A DNA stretch of 64,000 bases from Candidatus Saccharibacteria bacterium UBA6824 (GTDB lineage: Bacteria > Patescibacteriota > Saccharimonadia > Saccharimonadales > UBA10212), in contig DKEK01000006.1 in NCBI GenBank assembly GCA_002452155.1, positions 22,532 through 86,531 on the forward strand, given 5' to 3'. Below, in pieces: positions 52,629 through 62,444 of this stretch. The notes under the pieces are model-generated. The model saw nothing but the letters and a program-made list of their open reading frames with translations. It had not been told where the DNA came from and made no database searches. The position numbers and the translations under genes were made by a program. Position 1 is the stretch's first letter, and each line of letters starts with the position of its first letter.

Positions 52629-52756
52629 CTTTTTACTTAGTTGATCGACGTAAAGTATACATCACCCTGCCCTAAGCGGGCAAGTTAAAAGCCAAAAGTC
52701 CCTAGCTATGAGCCACTCTATCTTCTAGCTTTGAGCATTAAGCTTTGAGCTTTCAG

Positions 52757-52762
52757 CTAGAA
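52757..52762 (+). promoter_or_regulatory. -10 box TAGAAT, 7 nt upstream of the priA ATG (leaderless-type)
   Basis: GCTAGAATAGAAC followed by ATG at 52770. The same 13-mer occurs at 18741-18753. Confidence 0.5.
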
Positions 52763-52769
52763 TAGAACT

Positions 52770-54719
52770 ATGTTCTATTACGAGGTATATTTGGCCGATA
52801 GTCACTACCGCAGTAGCACGCCGTTGACTTATGGCTCGGCAAATAAACTAAAGCCGCTATCGATCGTCACGTTGCCGCTGCAGAACCGGATGGTAACCGG
52901 CTTTGTGCTGCGTGAAGTAAAAAAGCCCAGCTTTGCCACCAAACCGATAAAAACACTTTTGAGCGACCAACCTCTGCCGAAGCAATGCCTGCAGCTGGCC
53001 CAGTGGCTAGCCGATTATTATGCCACCAGCCTGAGTGATAGCCTGCGCCAATTTACGCCGGTTACGACCACCCTCCGGCGCAGCCGGGCCGAGAATGAGC
53101 AGTCCATGACTGCCACACCGGCTGTCCAAATTGAATTTGATCTGCCTCTAACAGATGACCAGGGTGGGGCAATCAAGGCCATTTCAAGCAGTAAAAATAC
53201 GACGGTCCTGCTGCACGGCGATACCGGCACTGGTAAAACCCGCGTTTATTTAGAGTTGGCCCGCGGGACACTGGCGGCCGGCCAATCGGTAATGCTGCTA
53301 ACTCCAGAGATCGCCCTGACCACCCAGCTGGCAGCAGCTGTGCAGCAGCTGCTGCCCTACCCCGCTTATATACTGCACTCCCAACTGGCGGCCGCCGAAC
53401 GCAAAAAACTGTGGTTCTCGATTTTAGAATCTAGCCAGCCAGTGGTAATTATAGGCCCCCGCTCGGCCCTGTTCGCGCCGGTCAAAAATCTCGGTCTGAT
53501 TGTGGTTGATGAGGCTCACGAGCCGGCCTACAAACAAGAGCAGTCGCCGCGCTACTATGCCCTACGGGTAGCCAGCCAGCTAGGCGTCATATCGGGCGCT
53601 AAGGTTATTTTGGGCACGGCCACGCCCTCAGTTGTCGATTATTATATCGCGCAGCAGAAAAAGACCGTGGTCAGAATGAAAACGTTGGCAATTGCCCATA
53701 ACTATGGCGAACCAGCAGCCGAAATCATCGATATCAAAGACCGCAGGGATTTTAGTCGAAACCCATACCTATCAAATCGACTAATTGATGAGATGAATAC
53801 AACGTTATCCGCCAAAAAACAGGTTATGATTTACTTAAATCGGCGCGGCTCGGCCCGCCTGATTTTGTGCGATAACTGTGGCTGGCAGATGCTCTGCCCG
53901 AACTGCGACGTACCCCTGGTCTACCACAGTGATAAACATATTGCCCGCTGCCATATCTGCGGCCACGCCGAAGCACCACCGCTAAAGTGCCCGGCCTGCC
54001 AGAATCCAGACATTATATATAGGAGCATCGGCACCAAAGCGCTGATAGAAAATATCGCCAAATTGTTCCCCCAGTACCGTCTGGCCCGCTTCGATAGCGA
54101 CAACCTGGCCGGCGAGCATATAAATGAGGTCTACACGAAGTTGCGAGCCGGTGAAGTCGACATCTTGGTCGGCACCCAGCTACTGGCCAAGGGCTTTGAC
54201 CTGCCCAAACTCAACCTGGTAGGTATAGTGAATGCCGAAACCTCACTGGCCCTACCCGATTTCACCAGCCAGGAACGGGCCTTTGCGCTGCTTTATCAGG
54301 TTATGGGACGCGTTGGCCGGGGCCACAGCCGTGGGCACGTTATTATCCAAAGTATCGATCCGGCCAATATCGTGGTTAAAAGCGCTGTTGCACGCGATTG
54401 GCGTAGCTTCTACAATCACGCCCTGGCCGAACGCCAAGCTTTCCGTTTTCCACCCTTTGCCTACCTTATGCAGCTGACCTGCCGCCGGACTACAGATAGC
54501 GGTGCCAAAAACGCGGCTGAGAATTTAAAAAAGAAACTGGCCGGCCAAAAACTGCCGGTTGAAATTATCGGGCCGGCAGCCAGTTTTTATGCCCGCCGGG
54601 GCAAATATTATTACTACCAGCTGGTTTGCAAAAGCAAAGACCGGCAGCACCTGCTCAAACTGGCCAAAGAAGTTCCTGCAGATTGGATCACTGACCTAGA
54701 CCCCGTAAATTTATTATAG
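52770..54719 (+). CDS. priA: primosomal protein N' (replication restart helicase PriA)
   Basis: 649 aa with Walker A GDTGTGKT, a DEAH-type box (VVDEAHE) and a Cys-rich zinc insertion (CDNCG...CPNC...CHICG...CPAC). Confidence 0.9.
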   Translation: MFYYEVYLADSHYRSSTPLTYGSANKLKPLSIVTLPLQNRMVTGFVLREVKKPSFATKPIKTLLSDQPLPKQCLQLAQWLADYYATSLSDSLRQFTPVTTTLRRSRAENEQSMTATPAVQIEFDLPLTDDQGGAIKAISSSKNTTVLLHGDTGTGKTRVYLELARGTLAAGQSVMLLTPEIALTTQLAAAVQQLLPYPAYILHSQLAAAERKKLWFSILESSQPVVIIGPRSALFAPVKNLGLIVVDEAHEPAYKQEQSPRYYALRVASQLGVISGAKVILGTATPSVVDYYIAQQKKTVVRMKTLAIAHNYGEPAAEIIDIKDRRDFSRNPYLSNRLIDEMNTTLSAKKQVMIYLNRRGSARLILCDNCGWQMLCPNCDVPLVYHSDKHIARCHICGHAEAPPLKCPACQNPDIIYRSIGTKALIENIAKLFPQYRLARFDSDNLAGEHINEVYTKLRAGEVDILVGTQLLAKGFDLPKLNLVGIVNAETSLALPDFTSQERAFALLYQVMGRVGRGHSRGHVIIQSIDPANIVVKSAVARDWRSFYNHALAERQAFRFPPFAYLMQLTCRRTTDSGAKNAAENLKKKLAGQKLPVEIIGPAASFYARRGKYYYYQLVCKSKDRQHLLKLAKEVPADWITDLDPVNLL

Positions 54720-54759
54720 CTTTTACCTATTAACAGAGGTGGGTTATACTGTCTTCATT

Positions 54760-55332
54760 ATGTCTGCCAAAGATCTGATTATTAGCCTGCCCCATCCGCA
54801 TTTGCGCGGCCGGTCAAAAAAAGTCGCTATCTTCACCGATCAAGTTCATAAGGTGATCGCGGACATGAAGGCGGCAACACTGGATTGGGAGGCTGGCCGA
54901 CCCCACGAGGTAGGTGTAGCCCTGGCGGCTGTCCAGATCGACCAGCCGCTACGGATAATAATCATCCGCAGCGATTTCGATAACAAGAAGGACAAGACTT
55001 TTGCCGTCTTTATAAACCCCGAAATAGTCAAAAAAGAGGGTGAAATCGGGGCCGATTATGAAGGCTGCTTAAGCGTCCAAGACATTTACGGCAAAGTCCC
55101 CCGCTACCCTAAAATACGTATGAAAGCGCTTGATGAACAGGGGCGTGAAGTCCGGGTCCGAGCGGAAGGCTTTTTGGCCCGCGTCATCCAGCATGAGCTT
55201 GACCACCTAAAGGGCAAGCTATTCATTGATTACATAGAAGACAAGCCTGAAGCTTTTTATAAACTGACACCAGCTGGCAAATTAATTAATATACCCCAAG
55301 ATGAAATCACAAAAACTGGTATTTTTCGGTAG
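54760..55332 (+). CDS. def: peptide deformylase
   Basis: EGCLS and HELDH motifs. The ATG at 54760 lies 9 nt after TATACT. The track ORF begins at GTG 54739. Confidence 0.9.
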   Translation: MSAKDLIISLPHPHLRGRSKKVAIFTDQVHKVIADMKAATLDWEAGRPHEVGVALAAVQIDQPLRIIIIRSDFDNKKDKTFAVFINPEIVKKEGEIGADYEGCLSVQDIYGKVPRYPKIRMKALDEQGREVRVRAEGFLARVIQHELDHLKGKLFIDYIEDKPEAFYKLTPAGKLINIPQDEITKTGIFR

Positions 55333-56176
55333 CGGTCCGGTTGCCGCCTCGGCCCTTCGGCTACTAGTCAAAGGTTTTGATATTGAGGCCATAATTACCA
55401 AGCCGCGGCCAGCGCACCACCGCGGCGAAGTGCCGATTCTGGCAGCGGCGCAGGAGCTAAGCCTTCCAATTTTTACGGCCGCCAATAAGCAAGAGCTTGA
55501 TGAATTATTTTCAACCAACCCCGTCAGTAGCCGGCTGGCCGTCTTAATCGATTTCGGCATAATTGTTTCACAAAAAATCATCGATTACTTCCCTCTGGGC
55601 ATCATCAACAGCCATTTTTCGCTACTGCCCCAGTGGCGCGGTGCTGACCCTATCACCTTCGCCATACTCAGCGGACAAGCAAGGACCGGTGTCAGCTTGA
55701 TGCTGCTAGTTGAAGCTATGGACGAAGGGCCGCTACTGGCTTTTGGCGAGTATAGTCTGCCGCCTGATATGACCACACCCAAATTAACAGATGAGCTTAT
55801 CGAGCTCAGCCACGCCCTGCTTTTAGAAGCACTGCCCAAATACATCGCTGGCCAGTTGCAGCCGGTGCCGCAAAGTACTACCAAACAGCCGGTCTCGTAT
55901 TCGCGCAAGCTAATCAAAGCCGATGGGGCCGTGGACTTCCGCAAACCGGCCGAGCAAATCGAACGCGAGGTCAGAGCCTACGCCGGCTGGCCCAAGAGCC
56001 GGACCAAAATTTTCGGGCATGATGCAATTATCACAAAAACCCGCCTGGCTAAGGATAAAAACGACGGTGCTCTAGTTATGCAGTGCCGGCCCGGCTATCT
56101 GGAACTAGTCGAGTTAATTGCACCCAGCGGGCGGAAAATGTCTGGCGCCGACTTCTTACGTGGCTACAGAAAGTAG
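55301..56176 (+). CDS. fmt: methionyl-tRNA formyltransferase
   Basis: 291 aa with the formyltransferase core (INSHFSLLPQWRGADPI) and a position downstream of def. Confidence 0.9.
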   Translation: MKSQKLVFFGSGPVAASALRLLVKGFDIEAIITKPRPAHHRGEVPILAAAQELSLPIFTAANKQELDELFSTNPVSSRLAVLIDFGIIVSQKIIDYFPLGIINSHFSLLPQWRGADPITFAILSGQARTGVSLMLLVEAMDEGPLLAFGEYSLPPDMTTPKLTDELIELSHALLLEALPKYIAGQLQPVPQSTTKQPVSYSRKLIKADGAVDFRKPAEQIEREVRAYAGWPKSRTKIFGHDAIITKTRLAKDKNDGALVMQCRPGYLELVELIAPSGRKMSGADFLRGYRK

Positions 56177-56177
56177 T

Positions 56178-56531
56178 CTAGGCAGCTTTGGGCGCTTCGG
56201 TTGGGCCGCCGCCCATTTCCTTCATTGTGGACTCGACGATGGCCGGGGCCTGTTCTTTGATCTCAGCTTTTAGTTTTTCCAGCTCGTCGGCTACGACTTG
56301 TTTATAGTTGGGGAAGTTAGTTTCCAGCCACTTCAGGGCACCGCCTTCGTCATTGGCGTCTATAAATTTTTCAAATTCATCCAATTGGGCATCGGTCATC
56401 TGTTCGGCCAGCTTCATGCCCACCCGCAGTTCCAGGGTTTCATAAATATGGGCCAACATCTTATTTTTCTCGGCCGGCGGCAAAGTCCCCAGGCCAAGCT
56501 CACGCAGTAAATTGTCATCAAGCTGAAACAT
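56178..56531 (-). CDS. hypothetical acidic helical protein
   Basis: 117-aa ORF with no motif I can name. Confidence 0.5.
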   Translation of the reverse strand: MFQLDDNLLRELGLGTLPPAEKNKMLAHIYETLELRVGMKLAEQMTDAQLDEFEKFIDANDEGGALKWLETNFPNYKQVVADELEKLKAEIKEQAPAIVESTMKEMGGGPTEAPKAA

Positions 56532-56575
56532 AACTGGTCTTATTTTATCACACGACCTCTATGAGAAAAGCCGAT

Positions 56576-58339
56576 CTAAAGGGTGCGGGTTTTGGTTTCG
56601 CGAGTATAAAGTTCCAGGCGGTCGCCCTCGGCTACATCCAGTTTAGCTTCAGTTTTGAGGCTAAGGCCGCTCATTTCGCCTGTCTGGACTTCCTTGACAT
56701 CGGTTGGCCCGCGTTTGAGGTTGGTAACTTCCAGTTCGTCGGCGATAGTCTCTTTGGCGCGGGACAACCGGGCCAGAGCCGGTACGACCAGCTTACCCTT
56801 GGTTACTTCGCCGCCAATAATAGCCTGGGTTGGACTGAGTTTAAATATGCCCTTAACAATTAAGGCTCCCGTTACTTGTTCAATAACCTCCGGAGCCAGC
56901 AGACTTTCCAGTTCCTTTTTGACATCGTCGATAAGTTCGTAAATTACGCTGTAGAGGCGGATAGGTACGTGGTCGCGGGCAGCCAACTGCTTGAGGCTAG
57001 CTGGTAAATTGGTATGAAAACCGTAAATAATAGCGCCGCTGGTAGCCGCCGAATGGACATCACTTTCACTAATTACGCCGACGCCGGAACTGACTATTTT
57101 AACCGCCACTTCTTCTGTATCCAGCGCCCGCAAGCTATCAACAACAGAGGTCAGCGAGCCTTGAACATCGGCTTTAACAATAATATTAAATTCGTTCAAC
57201 TTATTTGTTCGGCTGATAATGCGAAGTAGCTCGCTGCCGCTGGTAGTGCTGGCGGCGCCGTCATCTTTTTTAATTTGATTTTTCTCGGCGGCTTTGTCGC
57301 GGGCTTCTTTTTCGCTGCCAACGACAAAGAATTCTTCGCCAAAATCCGGCAATTCTTTTAGCCCAGTAATGATGACCGGCGTCGACGGCCCGGCGGATTT
57401 TAAAACTTCGCCGGTAGTCGTTTCTAGGTTGCGCACCTTGGCGTAGGTACTGCCGGCCACCACGAAATCACCGGCCGACAGTGTGCCTTGTTCCACCAGG
57501 GCAATGGCTACCCGGCCGCGGCCGGTTTCCATGTGCGATTCAATGATAATCCCTTGGGCGGGGCCCCCCGTATCGGCTTTCAGCTCTTCGACATCGGCCA
57601 CCAAAACAACCATGTCCAGCAGCTCCGGTAGGCCTTCTTTAGTTTTAGCCGATACCGGCAGTACAACCGTATCGCCGCCCCAATCATCCGGCATTAGCTC
57701 GTTTTCACTGAGTTGTTGTTTGAGGCGGTTTATATCGGCGTCCGGCTTGTCCATTTTATTGGCCGCCACGATTATCTTGACACCGGCGTTTTTAGCAAAG
57801 CGTATGGCTTCGATGGTTTGTGGCTTAATGCCTTCATCGGCTGCTACAACTAGCACCACTAGGTCGGTCAGACGGGCGCCGTGTTCCCGCAGGGCGGCAA
57901 AAGCCTCGTGCCCCGGTGTATCGATAAATGTCAGCAGTCGGCCCTTATGCTCGGCTTGGTAGGCGCTAAGGTGCTGGGTTATACCGCCGGCTTCACCCTT
58001 GACTACTTCGGCGCCTCTAATTGCGTCCAATAAGCTGGTCTTACCATGGTCGACGTGACCCATAACCGCCACCACAGGCGGCCGTAGACTGGCATCTTTG
58101 CTAGTCTCACGTTTGACCCGTGCTGCCGGTCCGGTTTGGACTTTTTTGGCTAGTTCAACCTCTGGTAAATCCAGCTCGCCGACAATGATCTGGGCCGTAT
58201 CAAAATCAATATTCTCATTAACGGTCGCCATGACGCCGTTTTTAAAAAGTTCGGCTATTAATTTGGAGACGGGCAAATCAAGCAGACTGGCCAATGCGCC
58301 AACGCTGATTTGCTCGTCAATTTCAATAGTTTTTGCCAC
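56576..58339 (-). CDS. infB: translation initiation factor IF-2 (short N-terminus)
   Basis: 587 aa with a GTPase domain ([21 protein letters not shown]). Confidence 0.95.
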   Translation of the reverse strand: MAKTIEIDEQISVGALASLLDLPVSKLIAELFKNGVMATVNENIDFDTAQIIVGELDLPEVELAKKVQTGPAARVKRETSKDASLRPPVVAVMGHVDHGKTSLLDAIRGAEVVKGEAGGITQHLSAYQAEHKGRLLTFIDTPGHEAFAALREHGARLTDLVVLVVAADEGIKPQTIEAIRFAKNAGVKIIVAANKMDKPDADINRLKQQLSENELMPDDWGGDTVVLPVSAKTKEGLPELLDMVVLVADVEELKADTGGPAQGIIIESHMETGRGRVAIALVEQGTLSAGDFVVAGSTYAKVRNLETTTGEVLKSAGPSTPVIITGLKELPDFGEEFFVVGSEKEARDKAAEKNQIKKDDGAASTTSGSELLRIISRTNKLNEFNIIVKADVQGSLTSVVDSLRALDTEEVAVKIVSSGVGVISESDVHSAATSGAIIYGFHTNLPASLKQLAARDHVPIRLYSVIYELIDDVKKELESLLAPEVIEQVTGALIVKGIFKLSPTQAIIGGEVTKGKLVVPALARLSRAKETIADELEVTNLKRGPTDVKEVQTGEMSGLSLKTEAKLDVAEGDRLELYTRETKTRTL

Positions 58340-58352
58340 TTTTTGACTACTT

Positions 58353-59426
58353 TCATTTCTTTACGTCTTTAAGCGACAAGGCGATTTTTCGGTTCTCTTT
58401 GTCGATTTCCAGCACCTTGAACTTTTTCTTTTCGTTGAGCTTGAACAGCTTTTCGGGGTCGATGCCTTCGTCGTCGCTCATTTCCGATACGTGCACCAGG
58501 GCTTCGACGGCCGGCGACAGCTGGACAAAGGCGCCAAAGGGCGTAATACGGGTAATTTTACCCTCAACAATGTCGCCGGCGGCGAAAGCTTTAACTTCAG
58601 CCATCCAGGGGTCTTCGCTCATTTGTTTAATGGACAAACTTAGACGGTCTTTGTCGATGGCAATAATTTTGGCCTTAACCACCTCGCCGACTTTGACATA
58701 AGCTTTAGGGTCTTCCACCCGTTCCCAGGAAATTTCGCTAATATGCACCAGACCTTCGATGCCATTGACGTTCACAAAGGCGCCAAAATCAATCACCCCT
58801 GTTACTACGCCCTCGACCATGTCGCCGACTTTTAGATCGGCCAGGCGTGATTGCATGTCATCACGCACGGCTTCTTTTTCGGAAAAGATCAGCTTATTAT
58901 CCTTGCGGCTGACATCCAAAATACGTACCCGCAGGGTCTTGCCGACTAGACTGCTAAGTTTGGTCAGGATTTCATCTTTATCGGCATCAGAAACGCGCGG
59001 ATAATTTTCGGCCGACAGCTGGCTAACCGGCATAAAACCACGGATGCCTTCCAGTTCGACCAACAGCCCGCCGCGGTTGGCGCTATAAGGCACAACCTCT
59101 ACGATTTCCTGGGCGTCAAAAATCCGCTGCAGCTCACCCCAGCCGCGGTCTTTGCTGGCCCGTTTCATGGAAAGCAGGGCGTAACCTTCGTCTAACTCGG
59201 GGTCGACAACACTGGCCGAAATGGTTTCGCCCTCGGCCATGGCAGTGCCGCCGATTTCGCGGCGGAAAATAACGCCTACCCCGTTGGGGCCTAGGTCGAT
59301 CCAAATTTCGTGTTTTTTGACCGAGCTAACTACACCCTCCACCACGTCGCCGGCTTTAATCTGGGCAACGTCAGAACCCGCCAATAGCTCGTCCATAGTT
59401 AAATTTTTAGTGGCAGTCTTCGGCAT
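58353..59426 (-). CDS. rpsA: 30S ribosomal protein S1 (four S1 domains)
   Basis: 357 aa with a repeated S1 OB-fold pattern (G..V.G.V....fGaFV). Confidence 0.88.
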   Translation of the reverse strand: MPKTATKNLTMDELLAGSDVAQIKAGDVVEGVVSSVKKHEIWIDLGPNGVGVIFRREIGGTAMAEGETISASVVDPELDEGYALLSMKRASKDRGWGELQRIFDAQEIVEVVPYSANRGGLLVELEGIRGFMPVSQLSAENYPRVSDADKDEILTKLSSLVGKTLRVRILDVSRKDNKLIFSEKEAVRDDMQSRLADLKVGDMVEGVVTGVIDFGAFVNVNGIEGLVHISEISWERVEDPKAYVKVGEVVKAKIIAIDKDRLSLSIKQMSEDPWMAEVKAFAAGDIVEGKITRITPFGAFVQLSPAVEALVHVSEMSDDEGIDPEKLFKLNEKKKFKVLEIDKENRKIALSLKDVKK

Positions 59427-59591
59427 GAACAGATACGTTCCCTTCTCGTGAGCATATTTCCGCTTAAGAACATTTAAAGTTAATAAAGCAGATTAAGCAC
59501 TATTGTAAGGGGTAATTTCTCTTTTGTAAAGAGAAATAGCCCTTAGCCTTTAGCTCTTAGCTATCAGCTATGTGCTATCGGCTGCCAGAGT

Positions 59592-59600
59592 TGCTAAACT
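59592..59600 (+). promoter_or_regulatory. extended -10 TGCTAAACT, 6 nt upstream of the ROK kinase ATG (leaderless-type)
   Basis: Read directly. ATG at 59607. Confidence 0.5.
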
Positions 59601-59606
59601 AGACAT

Positions 59607-60416
59607 ATGTATTTGGGGATCGATGTGGGCGGAACAAAAACCTTATTAGCCGCCTTTTCGTCAGGCGGCCAGATTAAAAAAGAATATAAGTTCCCCACCC
59701 CCAAAAAATACCAGGATTTCCTGGATGAGCTCAAAAAAGCCCTCCAGGAATTTAGTGAATACCGCATTAGCGCTTGTTGCTGTGCCATACCGGGCAAGGT
59801 TGATCGTCAAAAAGGCATTGGGCTGGTTTTTGGCAACTTAGGCTGGCACAATACACCAATCAAAAACGACCTTGCCAGGCTGCTGGACCATGCCAAAATA
59901 CTGGTTGAAAATGACTCAAACCTAGCCGGACTCCATGAGGCACTCATATTTCATAAAAAGTATAAAAAGGTGCTTTATATAACAGTTGGTACGGGTATCG
60001 GCGATGGAATTATCATGGACGGTAAGATTGATCCCGATTTTGCCGATAGCGAATCTGGTCAAATGGTGCTCGATTATAATGGAAAGCTTGTACGCTGGGA
60101 AGATATTGCTTCCGGCCGGGCCCTCAAAAAACGCTATGGCAAGCCAGCCAGCGAAATTGAAGATCCCAAGATCTGGCGGCAGTTTGCTAAAGATTTAAGC
60201 CTTGGTCTAGTTGAGCTAGTGGCGACCCTTCAGCCGGATGTGATAATTATCGGCGGCGGCATTGGCACCCATTTTGACAAATACGGACGGTTTTTGGAGG
60301 CTGAGCTAAAGCGGCACGAAAATCCCATGGTGCCAATGCCGCCGGTTATTAAAGCAAATAAGCCCGAGGAGGCTGTAATCTATGGCTGTTACGATTACAT
60401 TGTCCAGCACAACTAA
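59607..60416 (+). CDS. ROK family sugar kinase (glucokinase-like)
   Basis: 269 aa with an N-terminal ATP-binding motif (LGIDVGGTK) and an ENDSNLAG motif. Confidence 0.8.
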   Translation: MYLGIDVGGTKTLLAAFSSGGQIKKEYKFPTPKKYQDFLDELKKALQEFSEYRISACCCAIPGKVDRQKGIGLVFGNLGWHNTPIKNDLARLLDHAKILVENDSNLAGLHEALIFHKKYKKVLYITVGTGIGDGIIMDGKIDPDFADSESGQMVLDYNGKLVRWEDIASGRALKKRYGKPASEIEDPKIWRQFAKDLSLGLVELVATLQPDVIIIGGGIGTHFDKYGRFLEAELKRHENPMVPMPPVIKANKPEEAVIYGCYDYIVQHN

Positions 60417-60867
60417 AAAGTTTATCCGTGATGTCGGCAAAGACTACCCCGACTTTACAATCGAGCGCGGCAGACAAGAACATTGGTCACCCAAGTCCAA
60501 CACTATTACCTTCAACCCCAGCCAAACGCCGGAACGAATCCGCTTTGGTATCTTGCACGAACTGGCCCATGGCCTGCTGGACCATAGCACTTACCAAAGC
60601 GACTTTGAGCTGCTGAAGATGGAGAGTGAGGCTTGGCACTTGGCGTCACAAATCGGCCTAAAGTACGGTGTTAGTATTCCCCAAGACCATATTCAAGATT
60701 GCCTGGATACCTACCGCGACTGGCTGCATCACCGCAGTGCCTGCCCGACCTGCGGCATGCATGTCTTACAAGATAGCGACTCGAGTTATAAATGTTTTAA
60801 CTGCGGCACGGTCTGGGACGTTAGCAGCGGCCGATTTGTGCGACCCTACAGAAGGACCCGCAAATAG
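60382..60867 (+). CDS. ImmA/IrrE-like zinc metallopeptidase with C-terminal zinc ribbon
   Basis: 161 aa with HExxH in ILHELAHGLLDH and CPTCG...CFNCG at the C-terminus. Overlaps the ROK gene end by 35 nt. Confidence 0.6.
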   Translation: MAVTITLSSTTKKFIRDVGKDYPDFTIERGRQEHWSPKSNTITFNPSQTPERIRFGILHELAHGLLDHSTYQSDFELLKMESEAWHLASQIGLKYGVSIPQDHIQDCLDTYRDWLHHRSACPTCGMHVLQDSDSSYKCFNCGTVWDVSSGRFVRPYRRTRK

Positions 60868-60918
60868 CAAAAACCATCCGCCAAAGCGGATGGTTTTTAC
60901 AGTCTCTCGTAAGATCTT

Positions 60919-61122
60919 TTAAGCAGCGATTTTGGACTTGCCGCGGCGGCTAATTCGGCCACCAAGGGCACCAGCTTTGCGGGCTAGATCGCGGTTAGCG
61001 TAAAAGCCACCAGTGTGGCCCATCTTACCGCCCATAGCCCCGATGCGGGCGTAAAAGTCTTTGCCGTACTTGTTCTTGTTAGTTGAAGCCGCTTTGCGGC
61101 CACCATCTTTAGTACCAGCCAT
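60919..61122 (-). CDS. KGG-repeat general stress protein
   Basis: 67 aa, Gly/Lys-rich with repeated GG(K/R) units (GAMGGKMGHTGGF, AGALGGRISRRG). Confidence 0.65.
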   Translation of the reverse strand: MAGTKDGGRKAASTNKNKYGKDFYARIGAMGGKMGHTGGFYANRDLARKAGALGGRISRRGKSKIAA

Positions 61123-61155
61123 AAATAACTCCTTTGATTAATGACTTTCTCGATA

Positions 61156-61227
61156 CAAAAAGAGGGCGCAAACCCTCTCTTTCATCGAAACTACGCTTAT
61201 GGTATCACTCTATAGCTCACTTGTCAA
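61156..61227 (-). promoter_or_regulatory. promoter TTGACA-17-TACCAT plus a leader containing a terminator-like hairpin + T5
   Basis: -35 at 61222-61227, -10 at 61199-61204. Hairpin AGAGGG/CCCTCT at 61161-61178, followed on the minus strand by TTTTT (61156-61160). All lie upstream of the SD AAAGGAG. Confidence 0.5.
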
Positions 61228-61317
61228 CAAGATATTAATGCTTAAAAATGTTTGTGCTGCCCCTCCTTTCTATGGCTTATGCTTGCGTAGATTTCGAATG
61301 GGAATAAAATTACAAAC

Positions 61318-61815
61318 ATGTCAGAACATTTAGGTGAAGGGCTACCGGATGGCTTATCAGAAGATGACCTTAGATACGTTCACCCGCAGCTGTTTCCCCC
61401 TTCTATGGCAATGCAGGGCTGGAACACAGTACTTAAGTTTGATATTGATGGTAATCCTTATAAAGTCGATTATCGCCTAGCTCGTCCACTAGATGCCGAT
61501 TTTGGTATAGAGGAATTTTCCAAACTAGCGAGTCAAGTCGGCATATTTAATGAAGAGGAAGACATTCTTCCCTCATATACTTTCAGGATCGATACTTTCG
61601 GGGAAGGTCGGACCGAATACGATGCGCTTCATGACGCCATAAACCCCCACGTCGATACTTCTCGACTTCTAATATTTGAGTTTTGCGGCTTCCCCACCAA
61701 CCAGACTATGGATGTAATGATAGCTTTAGAGAAAGCCTTCCAGCCTCAGCCAAAAAAAGGCTTAGTCTCCCGAATACTAGGGCGTTTCAGTCTAGGTACG
61801 GCCGCAAGGGAATAA
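61318..61815 (+). CDS. hypothetical protein
   Basis: 165-aa ORF. TAAAAT lies 7 nt upstream of the ATG. No motif recognised. Confidence 0.5.
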   Translation: MSEHLGEGLPDGLSEDDLRYVHPQLFPPSMAMQGWNTVLKFDIDGNPYKVDYRLARPLDADFGIEEFSKLASQVGIFNEEEDILPSYTFRIDTFGEGRTEYDALHDAINPHVDTSRLLIFEFCGFPTNQTMDVMIALEKAFQPQPKKGLVSRILGRFSLGTAARE

Positions 61816-61949
61816 ACTGGCTAACAAAAAGTTTAAAATTTTAGGCTTATGCAATATAGGCAAGACCTAGTCAATACCTATGCAGTAACAGATAACATAC
61901 TTGTCATTATTACAAACAAGTTAAATTAAAGTAACGCCCTGAAGAGACG

Positions 61950-62426
61950 CTACTGGGCGGCGGCTGGTTGGCTAGTGCCGATGTTGACCGGAGCGATTTC
62001 GATGATTTTATTGGTTAAAGGCCGGTAGAGTATAGCCTTTTTAGCTTGGGTATAGATTAAAACTTGGTCGCCGACTTTTGCGTTAGCAAAAAAGGCTTGG
62101 TCTTTAAGTTTAGCCGGGTCGTTCACGGTAGCTAAGGTTGGAGTCTCCCCGGACGGCAAATCGACTAATCGGCCTATTTTAGTCACGGCATCACTAACTT
62201 GGACTTTGGCCGATGTTTGTGGGTTGGACAGTTGGGCTACCTTCTTTTGAGAGTCGTGGTACTTATTGTAGTAATAACTCCCGCCGATGGCCAATGCTAC
62301 AATCAGCAACGCGGAAACTAACATCATTAAAGACTTTTTATTATTGAGCGTTTTTAAATTAACCAATTTACTTCTCCTTCTTAAATCAATTAGATTAATC
62401 ATAGCAAGCAGATAACGCTTGTGCAA
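61950..62426 (-). CDS. membrane-anchored protein, tandem paralog 1
   Basis: 158 aa with one TM segment. The C-terminal ~80 aa are homologous to the neighbour (PTLATV.D..KLK.Q.FFANA..GD.VL.Y..AKKAILYRP..NKI.E). Confidence 0.6.
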   Translation of the reverse strand: MHKRYLLAMINLIDLRRRSKLVNLKTLNNKKSLMMLVSALLIVALAIGGSYYYNKYHDSQKKVAQLSNPQTSAKVQVSDAVTKIGRLVDLPSGETPTLATVNDPAKLKDQAFFANAKVGDQVLIYTQAKKAILYRPLTNKIIEIAPVNIGTSQPAAAQ

Positions 62427-62444
62427 TGAGTAATTTCTTGAATA

